Of a stretch of 64,000 nucleotides of DNA, positions 44,483 to 55,600 are shown in pieces. The stretch spans positions 224,001 through 288,000 of the forward strand of contig JBBRLJ010000001.1 in the NCBI GenBank assembly GCA_038231435.1, read 5' to 3'. The position numbers were made by a program, and so were the translations under genes. Source of the DNA: Planctomycetota bacterium (GTDB taxonomy: Bacteria; Planctomycetota; UBA11346). The first letter of the stretch is position 1; each line of letters begins with the position of its first letter. Under the pieces are notes generated by a model. The model did not search any database and was not told the DNA's origin. It saw only the letters and a program-made list of their open reading frames with translations.

Positions 44483-44761
44483 TGCGATCTCTGCGACCGC
44501 TACGCCGACTGCATTCCCACGGCGACGCCCGAACAGCTCGACGCGGTGCTTGCGACCGCCACGACCGCGGTCGCCGCCGGGGATCTCGAAGCGATGGATG
44601 GCGACCGCGCCCTCGACGCGCGCATCCCCGGTTCCCCTCTGCCACGCTCGCGACCGATCACCGCGCGCTGGGTGTGCAGCGCCTGCTCGCGCGTCTTCAT
44701 GCTCGAGCTCAACGCCTGCCACGTGGCAGGCGACGGCTGGAGACCGTTGTTCGGCAATTGA
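44480..44761 (+). CDS. Small Cys-containing hypothetical protein (CxxC...CxxC)
   Basis: MCDLC...WVCSAC..F.L; fills the gap between hisD and nth on the same strand. Confidence 0.65.
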   Translation: MCDLCDRYADCIPTATPEQLDAVLATATTAVAAGDLEAMDGDRALDARIPGSPLPRSRPITARWVCSACSRVFMLELNACHVAGDGWRPLFGN

Positions 44762-44818
44762 GTCGGCGACCCTCACCGCCGGCGCTTGCGAAGCGGATCA
44801 GACGCGCAGATTCCAGCC

Positions 44819-45556
44819 ATGGCCAGCTCGAAGCGCCTCGTCACTCCGACCGTCAAGACCACCAAGCCCGCGAGCGCCTCGCCATTCTTCGGCCCCATGA
44901 AGGACGCGGCCGTGCGCTCGGTCTACGACACCTTGGCCAAGCGCATTGTTCCGAAGTCAGACCTGGTGTTCACCAATGCCTTCGAGTTGTTGGTGTCGGT
45001 CGCGCTCTCGGCGCACACCACCGACAGGTCGGTGAACGCGGCAACGGCGCGGCTGTTCCCGGTCGCCAACACCCCGGCGGAGATCCTCGCGCTCGGAGTC
45101 GAGGGCGTCATCCCCTTCATCAAGGCGGTCGGGCTCTACAACAACAAGTCGCGGAATCTGATCGAGCTCTGCCGCATCCTCATCGAGCTCCACGGCGGCC
45201 AGGTCCCGGACGACCGCGACAGCCTCGAGGCGCTGCCAGGCGTCGGGCGCAAGACCGCGAACGTGGTGCTCAACATCGCCTTCGGCCACCCGACCATCGC
45301 CGTGGACACGCACATCCACCGCGTCGCCAACCGCCTCGGCATCGCCAAGACCAAGACCCCTGAGCAGACCGAGCAGGTGCTGCTCGCTCGCACCCCGCCC
45401 AAGCACGCGCTGCACGCCCACCACTACCTGATCCTGCACGGCCGCTACTGCTGCATCGCCAGGCGCCCCGAGTGCTGGCGCTGCCCAGTGCGCAAGCCGT
45501 GCCTGTTCGAGCCGAAGACCCCCACGCCCGCGGGGACGGATCCCGAATCGAGGTGA
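44819..45556 (+). CDS. nth: Endonuclease III
   Basis: FELLVSVALSA, LPGVGRKTANVV, AVDTH, HGRYCCIARRPECWRCPVRKPC 4Fe-4S motif; start may be 44898. Confidence 0.96.
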   Translation: MASSKRLVTPTVKTTKPASASPFFGPMKDAAVRSVYDTLAKRIVPKSDLVFTNAFELLVSVALSAHTTDRSVNAATARLFPVANTPAEILALGVEGVIPFIKAVGLYNNKSRNLIELCRILIELHGGQVPDDRDSLEALPGVGRKTANVVLNIAFGHPTIAVDTHIHRVANRLGIAKTKTPEQTEQVLLARTPPKHALHAHHYLILHGRYCCIARRPECWRCPVRKPCLFEPKTPTPAGTDPESR

Positions 45557-45597
45557 TGCGACTGAGGTATGAGATGCCTCAGCGCCGCGCACACGGA

Positions 45598-47565
45598 TCA
45601 GCGCGAGATCGCCCCGGTCACCCAATGGGTCAGGTTCTTCCCGCCCAGCGACAGGTCGGGCGGAGGCGGCTCATCGCGCTTCGATACGAAGTACAGCGCT
45701 CCGCCATGCGCGCCGACCTCCGACACCAGGGCTGACTGCTTGCCGATCGGTTTCGCGCGTCCCGGCTCCCACTGGTAGACGAAGGCCTCGTCGAGGCCGA
45801 TGGCGTCCTTCATGCGGAACTGCTCGGTGACGGTGTCCTCGCCCTGGTTGAGCGCGAGCACGGCCCAGGAATCTGCGCCCTCGAAGTCACGCACCGCGAC
45901 CTTGAGCTTGCGCGGCTTGTTCCAGAACGGCAGCGTCGCGGTCCAGCGCTTGTCGTTCGGCTCGATGAAGCGCCAGAGCTTGAGCCGGGCGGGCGGGATC
46001 TCGTGGAAGGCATCCGAGGAATTGATGCTGGTGCCGAGGATGCCGTGGAAATACGCCAGCGCCTTGATCTCGCCATCGGAGAGCTTGATGTACTGGTCGC
46101 GCAGGAACACCACGTCCGGATCGTTCTGCCACCAGACGTTATTGAAATACTGGTCGGCCCAGCACTCGTCGATCATGTTGCCTGTCGAGCCCTTCGACCA
46201 TTCGACCACCACGTCGTTGGCGACGCGCATGCCGTCGGCCATGCCGATGAACGGACCGAACGGAGCGATGCAGCCGAGCCAATAGGTGTCCTCGCCCATC
46301 TCCTCGCGGATCATGGCCAGGGCCTCGCGGAAATACTCGACCGAAGTCTTGCCGGGAGCGTGGCGCTTGACCGTGAGCGAATCCTTGAATCCCCAATCCA
46401 TGAAGTCGGTCTTGATGAATCGGCAGCCCCAGGTGCGGAGGGACTTGAACACCGATCGCAGATAGGCGAACGCCTCCGGATGGCTGGTGTCGATCGCGTA
46501 GGTCTCCTCGTCGTTGTGCGAGGCGATCGCCGAGCCGCCGTAGTTGTTCCACTCGATGACCGGTTTGCCGTCGACACCGCGGATCACCCAGTCCGGATGT
46601 TGGCGATACAGGTTCGAGCGGCTGCCGATCATGAATGGCGCGATCCACACGCCGGGCTTGTAGGCCTGGGCCCGGATCGCCTTGAAAGCCGACTCGAGGC
46701 CGCCTGGCCACTGCGGCGTCGGATCCAGCCAATCCCCTGGCGAGGCGCAATACCCGTCGTCGATCTGGATGGTCTGCAGCGGCATCGCCGGCTTGATGGT
46801 GGCGAGCCCGCGCAGCATCTCGTCGAGATCCTGGCGACTGAAATGGCAGGCGCGCCGGTACCACGAGCACCAGTGGAAGCTGGGGGGAGCGGAGGTGCGC
46901 GCCTTCATCACGCGACCGGTCTTGATCGCCAAACGGCGGAAGGCATCCCACGGGCGCGACGACGCGATGAAGTGGATGTCGGGCAGGGCCAGTTCGCCGC
47001 CGAGCGCGACGCGCTCGGTCGAGAAACCGCACTCGAGCTGGATCTCGGCGCGATCGATGTGGCGATCGACGAGCCCGCGCCGGTGCACGCGGTTGAGCGC
47101 CACCGCCTTGAACAGGAAGCGCGCATGATCATAGGCACCGATCGCCAGGGTCGCGTCGCTGGCATCGACCAGGCCGGCACTGAAGTAGCTCTCCAACGTC
47201 CACGGATCCTTCTTGGCATCGAGCGGGAAGAACCCGCTCGGACCGCCGAAGCCCAGGCCCTGCTTGAAGAACTGCGCCGCGCCCTCGACCCGGCCGCCAG
47301 AGAGCGGCAGCACCCAATGCGGAGCCTTGGCCATGCCGCGCAGCGTCGCCTTGAGCACCAGAGAGTCCTCGTCCTTGGCGAAGGCGAGCACCAGCGAGCC
47401 GGCTGGGAGGCGGTACTCGACCGTCGGAGCGCCCTTGGAACGGTCCACGACGATCGCCTGCGGGTGCAGGGCCGCGCCATCGATGGCGGGATAGCAGCCG
47501 ACGAGACGTAGGCCCTCGACGGCGACGTCGAATGAGCCGTCCTCATGCACGGTCCAGCTGCCCAT
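45598..47565 (-). CDS. Alpha-galactosidase-like glycoside hydrolase (GH36-like)
   Basis: WCSWY, IQIDDGY, GDW, PGVWIAPF, FIKTDF, MRVAND, WQNDPD; GAGGAG SD. Confidence 0.85.
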   Translation of the reverse strand: MGSWTVHEDGSFDVAVEGLRLVGCYPAIDGAALHPQAIVVDRSKGAPTVEYRLPAGSLVLAFAKDEDSLVLKATLRGMAKAPHWVLPLSGGRVEGAAQFFKQGLGFGGPSGFFPLDAKKDPWTLESYFSAGLVDASDATLAIGAYDHARFLFKAVALNRVHRRGLVDRHIDRAEIQLECGFSTERVALGGELALPDIHFIASSRPWDAFRRLAIKTGRVMKARTSAPPSFHWCSWYRRACHFSRQDLDEMLRGLATIKPAMPLQTIQIDDGYCASPGDWLDPTPQWPGGLESAFKAIRAQAYKPGVWIAPFMIGSRSNLYRQHPDWVIRGVDGKPVIEWNNYGGSAIASHNDEETYAIDTSHPEAFAYLRSVFKSLRTWGCRFIKTDFMDWGFKDSLTVKRHAPGKTSVEYFREALAMIREEMGEDTYWLGCIAPFGPFIGMADGMRVANDVVVEWSKGSTGNMIDECWADQYFNNVWWQNDPDVVFLRDQYIKLSDGEIKALAYFHGILGTSINSSDAFHEIPPARLKLWRFIEPNDKRWTATLPFWNKPRKLKVAVRDFEGADSWAVLALNQGEDTVTEQFRMKDAIGLDEAFVYQWEPGRAKPIGKQSALVSEVGAHGGALYFVSKRDEPPPPDLSLGGKNLTHWVTGAISR

Positions 47566-47743
47566 GAGCCCTCCTCGATAGAGGGAATATGACCCCGAGA
47601 CCACGCTTTGGCAATCCCGGCCGCGATTCCAGCCACCAACTCGCCTCGAGGGTGAGGCCGGCAGCGCTGGATTTCGCTCCGCGGCATACCAAGCGGCGGC
47701 CAGGGCGGCGTTGTCGACCACCGCGGATGGATACGCTTGTGGC

Positions 47744-48658
47744 ATGTCCACCGCTCCAGCTCCCGCCACGGACCACGCCGCCGCGGCGCGCTTCCACGAG
47801 TAAACCGCCGCCGCCGATCCGAAACTGCCCGCGATCCCGTATACCGTGCTGGGCGCTGATCAGCATCGCGATGGCCCCACCCGCGTCATTCCGTGGGACC
47901 TGTCCAAGCATCTCGAATGCGCCTGGCCCGCGACCAGCCCGAACCTGCTGGCCGGATTCCTGCGCATCCGCGCGGGCGAGCATCTCGAAACGCGCTTCGT
48001 CGCCACCTCGCAGCTATTCTACGTCATCGCGGGCTCGGGCCTGACGCGCATCGGCGCCGACCCGATCGCGTGGTCGGCTGGAGACATCGTGGTGCTGCCG
48101 CGAGCCGAAGCGCTCCTCCATGAAGCCAGCAGCGATGCCGCGCTCTACTGGGTCACCGACGAGCCCCTGCTCGCGTACCTCGGCGCGGCGCCGACCCGCG
48201 CGCGCTTTCAACCGACCATCTACCGTCGCGAACGTCTGATGCAGGAACTCGCGCGCGTGCGCGCCGAGCCCGGCGCCGAGCGCCGCAACCGCATGGGCAT
48301 CATCATGGGCAACGCGCACACCGCGCAGACCATGACCATCACCCACATCCTGTGGTCGCTCCTGAACGTGCTGCCCGCGCGCGCGGTGCAGAAACCGCAC
48401 CGCCACAACTCGGTCGCCCTCGACCTGTGCATCAGCGCGGCGCCAGGTACCTACACCCTGATCGCCAGGACCATGGATGGCGATCGCCTCGTCGATCCCA
48501 TCCGCGCCGACTGGTCAGCCGGCTCGGCCTTCGTCACGCCACCGGGATGGTGGCACTCGCACCACAACGAATCCGGCGAGGACGCCTTCGTGCTGCCCAT
48601 CCAGGACGCCGGTCTCCACACCTGGATGCGCACCCTCGACATCCAGTTCGCGAGGTGA
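47744..48658 (+). pseudogene. Cupin (gentisate dioxygenase-like) gene interrupted by in-frame TAA at 47801
   Basis: MSTAPAPATDHAAAARFHE*TAAADPKLP continues in frame into ORF 47846; ATSQLFYV, QKPHRHNSVALD, TPPGWWHSHHN, IQDAGL. Confidence 0.65.
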
Positions 48659-48844
48659 GCCGTCGGAGCAGGCTCAGATAGCGGGACGGTCGCCGACCGC
48701 CGAGCCCTGAGGGGCGAGAAACACGTCGAGGCCACCCGGCGGACCCGTCGCAGGGCGACATAGGTCGTAGGGCCACCTGGAGCGAAGCCCCCGTGTAATA
48801 CGGCTGGAATTCGTTTTCTGGCGGACTACAACGACCAACCGTTC

Positions 48845-48920
48845 GGGGATATAGCTCAGTTGGTAGAGCGGTTCGTTCGCAATGAACAGGTCAGGAGTTC
48901 GAATCTCCTTATCTCCACCA
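48845..48920 (+). tRNA. tRNA-Ala (CGC)
   Basis: GGGGATA/TATCTCC acceptor with G3:U70, GTTCG-TTCGCAA-TGAAC anticodon arm, encoded CCA. Confidence 0.96.
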
Positions 48921-48923
48921 CGT

Positions 48924-48956
48924 AGGAGGTCGATCGCGAGATCGGCCTCCTTTTTT
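48924..48956 (+). terminator. Rho-independent terminator
   Basis: AGGAGGTCGATC-GCGA-GATCGGCCTCCT followed by a T-run. Confidence 0.9.
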
Positions 48957-49098
48957 GTGGTACCCGAAGGGCGCTAGACCGTCTCCGCGAGACGAGGCCG
49001 CCGCGCTCCTCGTCCCACACCCGCAGGGCTTCGCGCGCGGCGATCGATCACTTGCGCATCGCCCGGATCCGCCCACATTCCCCGCCCTGCGAGGAATC

Positions 49099-49554
49099 AT
49101 GCCCGTCCAACGTACCCTGGTCCTGCTCAAGCCCGACGCCGTCCAACGCGGCCTGATCGGCGACATCCTCCAGCGCTTCGAACGTAAGGGCCTGCGCGTG
49201 GTCGGCATGCGCTTCATGAAGGCCACCCAGGAGCACGCGGCCAAGCACTATGCCGAGCACAAGGAGCGCCCCTTCTTCCCATCGCTCCTGCAGTTCATCA
49301 CCAGCAGCCCGCTGGTCGCGCTGTCGCTCGAGGGCGATGACGCCATCGCCGTGGTCCGCGGCCTGATCGGCCCGACCGACGGACGCAAGGCGCCTCCTGG
49401 CACCATCCGCGGCGATTTCGCCATTTCGAAGTCGAACAACCTGGTGCACGGCAGCGACAGCCCCGAGAGCGCCGAGCGCGAACTGGCCATCTGGTTCGCC
49501 GACGGTCTGGTGTCGTGGAAGCGCTGCGATACCGTATGGGCCGAGACCGAATGA
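49099..49554 (+). CDS. ndk: Nucleoside diphosphate kinase
   Basis: RTLVLLKPDAVQRGL, HYAEHKERPFF, PGTIRGDF, NLVHGSDS. Confidence 0.97.
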   Translation: MPVQRTLVLLKPDAVQRGLIGDILQRFERKGLRVVGMRFMKATQEHAAKHYAEHKERPFFPSLLQFITSSPLVALSLEGDDAIAVVRGLIGPTDGRKAPPGTIRGDFAISKSNNLVHGSDSPESAERELAIWFADGLVSWKRCDTVWAETE

Positions 49555-49589
49555 CCCGCGAGGGTCAGGTCACGCGCGACGATCCACGC

Positions 49590-49663
49590 TACCCCGTGGT
49601 GTAACGGTAACACTAGAGATTTTGGCTCTCTCATTCATGGTTCGAATCCATGCGGGGTAACCA
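49590..49663 (+). tRNA. tRNA-Gln (TTG)
   Basis: TACCCCG/CGGGGTA acceptor (U1-A72), AGAGA-TTTTGGC-TCTCT anticodon arm, GGTTCGAATCC, CCA. Confidence 0.95.
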
Positions 49664-49770
49664 TCGCTGTCGTTCCGAGCGGTCTTCCTCTACTGAGACG
49701 GGGCGGAGCCGCGCATCCCGTGCCGATCAGGGATTCGTGCTCGGTGTCCTGATCAGTGGCGATCACTGGC

Positions 49771-50268
49771 ATGGAGCCAGGGGCGGTGGACACTGTCCGC
49801 TGCGTGAAGATCGTCATCCGCTCCGTGAAGGCCATCGACAAGGAATGGCTCGAGACCCTGGCCAACAGCCAGGCTGGGCACGAAATTCTGACCATGGGCA
49901 ACCATCGCCCGAGCGAATCGCCGGGATTCATCGCGCAGATCGGCGATGATCGGGTCGGGCTCATCTCCTACGCCGTCTCGGTGGGCAGCTACGAGATCAT
50001 CATGATCAGCAGCTCGCGCCATGGACTGGGCATCGGCAGGGCGCTGGTGAATTCGGTGATCATGGAGGCGAAGGACACCAAGCGCACGCGGGTCACGACC
50101 ACCGCCAAGCTGTCCGACGCCTCGACCCTGACCTTCTTCAAGGGCTGCGGCTTCACGCTCTCGTCGGTCATGCCCGGGGGCAATACCGCGCGCATGGCGA
50201 AGACCTCGAGCGCGGTGCATGCCGCCTCAGCCGCCGCCGACGAGATCGAACTCGAGTTCAGGCTCTAG
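49771..50268 (+). CDS. GNAT-family acetyltransferase
   Basis: VGLISY, RHGLGIGRALV acetyl-CoA motif, FFKGCGF; start uncertain. Confidence 0.8.
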   Translation: MEPGAVDTVRCVKIVIRSVKAIDKEWLETLANSQAGHEILTMGNHRPSESPGFIAQIGDDRVGLISYAVSVGSYEIIMISSSRHGLGIGRALVNSVIMEAKDTKRTRVTTTAKLSDASTLTFFKGCGFTLSSVMPGGNTARMAKTSSAVHAASAAADEIELEFRL

Positions 50269-50290
50269 CAGGCTGCTCAAAGCAGCCTGC
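50268..50290. terminator. Perfect hairpin between convergent genes
   Basis: GCAGGCTGCT-CAA-AGCAGCCTGC. Confidence 0.55.
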
Positions 50291-50328
50291 GCGGGTCGAG
50301 CACCCTGCGGACATTGAAGCGGGCCGGT

Positions 50329-51492
50329 CTATTCGGCCTCGGCCGATTCCGAGGCTCCGTCGCGATCGAACAACGTGAGATGCTCGACCGCTTCGTGCGA
50401 GGTGCCACCGCCGGCGAGCGAAGTGAAGAAGTCCTCGGTCAGGGCGTGGAAGGCGGCAGGATCGGCGATGCGGTGAAACCGGTCGCGGAAAGCGCGCACG
50501 CCGGGCAGGCCGTTGCAGTAGAAGAAGGTGTACTTGCGCATGACGCGCACCCCGCGCTGTTCGCCGAACAGGTCGAGGATCAGCCGGAAATGGCGCTCGA
50601 GCAGTCGCCGTCGCTCTTCGAGCGACGGCGTGTAGCGCTCGCCACCGGTGAGCTCGGCAAGCAGGTTGCGGAACAGCCAGGGATCGCCGCACGCCGCGCG
50701 CCCGATCTGGTAGCCGTCCGCGCCCGCCTCGTCCTTGGCCGCGCGGATGGCGGCGGCGGTATCCATGCTGCCGTTGGCGATCACCGGCACGGCGTCGCCG
50801 AGCGCGCGCTTGACCTCGGCGACGCCGCTGAGATCCACCGCCACACCATGCTTGCTCTCACCCGTCCGCGCGTGGACGAACACCGCGACCGCGCCGTTGT
50901 CCACCGCTTGGCGCGCGACCGCCACCATGTTGCGGTTCTCTGCGTCGTAGCCGAGGCGGATCTTCACCGTCACCGGCTTCGCGGTCGCCCCGACCATCGC
51001 CTTGACGATGCGACCTACCTGCTCGGGCTCGCGCATCAGCGCCACCCCGCAGCCCGACTGCTTGGCCTTCTTCACCGGGCATCCGCAGTTGAGATCGATG
51101 ATGTCCGCGCCGGCTTCATCGAGCGCGCGCGTCGTCATCGCGCACAACTCGGGATCCCGCCCGTACACCTGCATCGCCAGGGGTTTCTCCGCCGCCACGT
51201 TGCGCGTCAGCACCTGGAAGCGCTGGTCGTTGCCATGGGTCTGCCCGAGCGCCGCCACCATCTCGGTCGCGACCAGCCCGCAGCCGCCGACCTCCTTGGC
51301 GATCAGGCGGAACGCGACGTTGGTGAACCCCGCCATCGGCGCGAGGCACAGGTTGTTCTCGAGCCGCACCGAGCCGATCGACAACGGGTGGATGTAGCGC
51401 GACCCGTCGGCTCGCCCCTGCTCGGCGAGCCGGTGCGCCACATCCATGGCGCACGGCGACGACGCTACCTCGATTGGCTCACCTTCGGGCAT
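50329..51492 (-). CDS. dusB: tRNA-dihydrouridine synthase B
   Basis: LAPMAGFTN, TEMV, IDLNCGCP, VTVKIRLG, HART, IANG, IGRA..DPWLF, MRKY; start may be 51447. Confidence 0.9.
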   Translation of the reverse strand: MPEGEPIEVASSPCAMDVAHRLAEQGRADGSRYIHPLSIGSVRLENNLCLAPMAGFTNVAFRLIAKEVGGCGLVATEMVAALGQTHGNDQRFQVLTRNVAAEKPLAMQVYGRDPELCAMTTRALDEAGADIIDLNCGCPVKKAKQSGCGVALMREPEQVGRIVKAMVGATAKPVTVKIRLGYDAENRNMVAVARQAVDNGAVAVFVHARTGESKHGVAVDLSGVAEVKRALGDAVPVIANGSMDTAAAIRAAKDEAGADGYQIGRAACGDPWLFRNLLAELTGGERYTPSLEERRRLLERHFRLILDLFGEQRGVRVMRKYTFFYCNGLPGVRAFRDRFHRIADPAAFHALTEDFFTSLAGGGTSHEAVEHLTLFDRDGASESAEAE

Positions 51493-51621
51493 CTCTGCAT
51501 GCTACCTCCGCTTCCCACCGGGAAACCGCTACCTGCGCGTTTTCTCGCCATCGACGCGCAGCGTCGTGGGCGGCACAGCCGCCGGGCGCGCAGCGCCCAT
51601 CGCCCGCCCATCTTCCAGCGG

Positions 51622-52665
51622 CTACCGCTGGAAGATGGGAAGATAGTTATTGGGGATCTGCAGGATGATCAGGGCCATGGAGGTCGCATAGACCGGTCCT
51701 GGCCCCTCCCCCTGCGTCCACATCCCGTCCTTGCCCTGGCGGCGCGCGATCACCGGCCACGCCTCCTTCCAGTACGTCTCCCAATCCTTCGGGTCCGGAC
51801 TGTGGAAGAGCGCCTGCGAGGTGTAGTACTGGCCGTACCAGAAATAGCCGTCGCCCGACTTCAGGTGCGCGGCGAAGTTCTTGCGCAGAAAGAGCAGTGC
51901 CGGCCCGAGCTGCCGATCCTTGAGATCGGTGACGCCGGAGCCGATCAGGCACATGCTACCCGCGGCGGTGCGCGGAACGCCCTCGGGCCCGGTGGTGCCC
52001 CAGCCCTCGCCGCCGTTCGAAGCCTGGTAGCCGAAGCTGCCGTTGCCATTCGCGCAGCGCCTGACGTAGGTCAGCGCCTTCTCCATGGTCTCCTTGGTCT
52101 GCGTTCCGCCGACGCCGGCGTTGAAGGCCGCGCGTAGCGCCATGATCTGGCAGATGGTCACGCTGATGTCGGCGTCGGTGGGCGACGGGCTGTAGCGCCA
52201 GCCGCCCTCCTTGTTCTGCGCGTAGTAGATGAGGTCGAGGGCCGCCTCGAGCGAACGGCGCACCGGCTGGTCGGGGGCCATGCCATAGCACTCGGCGAGA
52301 TAGAGCGTGGCGAAGCCGTGGGCGTACATGTTGCCCTGATCGCTCGACAGGTAGCCGGTGACCTTGTCCTGGCGCGAGATCACCGCACGCAGCGCCTTGG
52401 CGCTCGCCTCCTGGTATTGGCCGCGCGTCGGGGTGTGGCCGCCGGCGAGCAGGGCCATGCCCGCGAGCGCGGTGATGCCCGAGCCCTCGCTGAAGCTGCC
52501 GTCGCTCTGCTGCGCCTTGACCAGCGCCGCGAGCCCGCGGTCGACCACCTGGTCGGGGGTGATGGCGATCGGCGCTTCGTCCGCGCCGAACATCCCGGGG
52601 ACGCGGAACGAGGTCATCGCCGACATGATGAGCGCGACCATCATGATCTTCATGGGCGCTCTCAC
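51622..52665 (-). CDS. Prenyltransferase/squalene-oxidase-repeat protein
   Basis: QQSDGSF, MYAHGFATLYLAE, QNKEGGWRY, DISVT, YFWYGQYY, YLPIFQR; signal peptide; GTGA overlap (alternative ATG 52653). Confidence 0.85.
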   Translation of the reverse strand: MRAPMKIMMVALIMSAMTSFRVPGMFGADEAPIAITPDQVVDRGLAALVKAQQSDGSFSEGSGITALAGMALLAGGHTPTRGQYQEASAKALRAVISRQDKVTGYLSSDQGNMYAHGFATLYLAECYGMAPDQPVRRSLEAALDLIYYAQNKEGGWRYSPSPTDADISVTICQIMALRAAFNAGVGGTQTKETMEKALTYVRRCANGNGSFGYQASNGGEGWGTTGPEGVPRTAAGSMCLIGSGVTDLKDRQLGPALLFLRKNFAAHLKSGDGYFWYGQYYTSQALFHSPDPKDWETYWKEAWPVIARRQGKDGMWTQGEGPGPVYATSMALIILQIPNNYLPIFQR

Positions 52666-55600
52666 TTGCGCTCCTCGAGCAGTTCGAGATAGCGCTCGTA
52701 CAGCTGCAGCGCGCGCGGCGCCATGTTCTGCTCGCGCGCCTGCTTCAGCTGTTCGCGCCGCTCCTCGGGCAGGTCGAGGCGCAGGCCGCCGGCCTTCTGG
52801 TCAGTGGCGACCTCGGTGACTTCGCCGGTCGGCTTCTTGCCGGTCTTGTTGCCGCCACCAGCGCTGGCGCCGCCCTTGCCTTCGCCCGACTTCGGATCGC
52901 TCTTCTGTGCATCCGGCTGCTGATCCTGCGGCTTCTGGTCGGAGCGTGGCGGCGGCGGATTCCCGCTCCCGCCGCCGCCACCGCCCTTGGCTTCGGCGAG
53001 CAGGCGACGCAGCTCGGCCTCGGCGGTGAGCTGCTCGTGACGCGTGGTCAGACCGCGATCCTTCTGGCCGAGCAGCGCCGCAGCCGAGGCCATCGCTCGG
53101 CGCGAGCGCGACAGCAGCACGTTCGGTCGGCTGCCCGGCCGCGTGTGCGTCTCCATCGCTTCGACCAGGTCGCGCAGATCGCCTTCGCCCTTGGCCAGAT
53201 CGCCTGGGCGGTTCGCGTCGGTGAGCCGCGAGAGCTCCTCCTGCATGGCCGCGAGCAGGGCGATCTCGGCCTGGGCCGGGAATGGCGCCTGGTCGCCGCC
53301 GCCGCCGCCCTTGCCGCCGCCGCCGCCGCTGGGCGGTGACGGATGCTCGGCGATGTCGACCAGACGCGACAGTTCGGCGAGTGCAATCTTCTCAAGGCGC
53401 ATGCCCTTGTCGCCGAGCGCCGGCGTGGCCAGGTGCTCGGCGGCCTTGTCCATGCACGCGGCGACGCGATTGAGCGCCATGGTGGCGATCGGATTCTGCT
53501 CGAGCGGCTTGATCCCTTCCTCGCGCATGCGCAGCACGATGTCGGATTGGCGCTCTGCCATCGCGGCGATGGCGCGGGTCGAGGTGAAATCGAGCTCGTG
53601 GTCGCCGAGCTTCAAGTGCAGGATCGTCGCGTCTGCCACCAGGCCGGTCTGCAGGCCCAGGAGTTCGCGCAGGAGCGCAACCACGTCGGGCACCTTCGGC
53701 TTGTCCTTGTCCTTCTCCTTGTCCTTGTCCTTCGAATCGCCGCCGAGCTTCTTCTGCGCCTCGCGCAGCAGGTTCGCGGCGGTGGCGGCGTCTCGGCCGG
53801 CGGCCGGGCGATCGCCCTCGGACATGCCCTTCTGGGCCGAAGCCGCCGCCGCTCCGGCCGCAGCCACCGCTTTGCCCGCGTCGGGATCGCGCTTCCCGGC
53901 TTCCTCCTCGACGCGCTTCATCTGCTCCTCGAGCTCCTTCTCACGCTTCTCGAGCTCTTGCGGCCGGGTGCCGGATTCGAGCTCCTTGACCACCGCCTCC
54001 TGCTTGGCCGCGAGATCGCCGATGCGATCGGCGAGATCACCGGCGGCGTCGCCGCCGCGCAGCGCCTCGAGCAGTTTCTTCAAGGTCTCGAGCGTCGCCT
54101 TCTGGGTCTCGACCGCGCGCGCGCGATCCTTGGTCGAGGCGATGTCGCCAGCGGCCTGCGTCAGGCGATCGCCCGAGGGCTCGGCGCGCACCAGCGCCTT
54201 GGCCGCGTCGAGCTGGGCCGAGGCGCCGGCGAGCACGTCGCGCTCGAGCTCCTTGACCTCGTCGGCGACACCGCGCTGGCGGTCGGCGATGTTCGCCTGG
54301 CGGGTCTTCGCAGGCGCGTCGATCGGCTTGGTCAGGTACTCGAGCACGAAGGCGCGGCTCTCGTCATTGAGGTTGTTCTGCTTGGCGATGAGGTCTGCGA
54401 GCCGGCGGGTGAGGTTGCCCTCTTGCAGGAGCGAACCGAGCAGCTTCTCCACCTGGGCGAGCGCGGTATCGGCCTCGCGCGCCGGGGCGTCACCACCGCC
54501 ATTCGCGGCTTCACCGAGCTTCGGCGTCGCTGGCGAGCGCACCAGCTCGCCAGCCTTCACCGCCGGCGCGATCTGCTCGGCGGGAAGACGGTTCTCGCCC
54601 CAGCGGCGCACCACCTGGGCGACCAGCTCGCCACACTTGGCGGTGGCGATGCCAGCGCCACGCGCCGCGCCCGCAAGCTTGTCCGGCTTCGCCAAGCCGG
54701 ATCCGAGCTCCTCGCGAGCCTGCGACGCGCGCTCGCGGGCCTCGGCCAGCAAACGGTCGAGTTCCTGCCGCAGGGCCTCGTCGGTGACTACCCGCAGGAG
54801 GACCGGCGCCGAGCTGGTCTCGCCGGGCCCGGTGACATCGTTGGTGTCGCGGGCCCAGCCGGTGAGCGACAGCTGCTCGCCGAGCGCAGCGAGCTTGCCG
54901 ATCTCGACCTCGGAACGGCGGCTGGTGGTGGCGCTGCCGGCGGCATCGGCGAACGCGGCCAGCGTGCGCGGCGGCGATGCGGGTGAGGCCGGAGCCGCGA
55001 CCTCGTCGTTACCAGCGGCCTCAGCAGGGCGCGCCGCCAGCACTTGGCCGCGCAGCTCCAGGGCGCCGAGCGCGTAGTCGTCGCTGGCGTCGATGGCGAC
55101 GCCGACCACCGCGCGCGTGCTCACCGCCTCATTGCCGGCCGGCCCGTCGAGCGCCACCACCGGCGCGCGATCCTCGGCGCGCGCGATCGCGAACACCGCT
55201 GGCGGATCCAGGGCGATGCCGTCCTGGTCCTCGGCACCGACGATCAGCTGCGAGCCGCCGCTGGCGGCCACCACGATCGAACCGGAGATCCCGCGATCGG
55301 TGCGCTTGACCGCCACCGGCTTCGCGGCATCGGCTGCGTCCGCGCCATGCATGGACGCGCTCGCTCGCACGATGGCGCGGCCGGGTTCGGTGGCGAAGGC
55401 GATCGCGAAGTCGATGCGGCTCCCGGGCAGGGCGGTGCACGACAGCGTCTCGAGCTGCTGAGCGGGTTGTTTCGAATAAGCCGGCGGAGTCAGCGTCGCG
55501 GTCACGCGCTCGAGCGACGGCCTGGTCACCGAGCGCCCCTCGAGCACCAGCGGCACGCCGTCGCCGGATTCGACGGTGATGCGGTAGCGTCCCGGCGGGA

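Noticed and set aside
50265..50290. Insertion-sequence end (TAGCAGGCTGCT-like)
   Set aside because: No transposase or target duplication; treated as a simple hairpin
51622..52665. Squalene-hopene cyclase / terpene cluster
   Set aside because: Single ~345-aa domain with signal peptide, no DxDD motif and no isoprenoid genes nearby
53698..53735. CCTTGT-type hexamer repeats (also ~41047-41062) and the 12-mer at ~23373-23397
   Set aside because: They encode low-complexity KDKDK or ANPG linkers inside proteins
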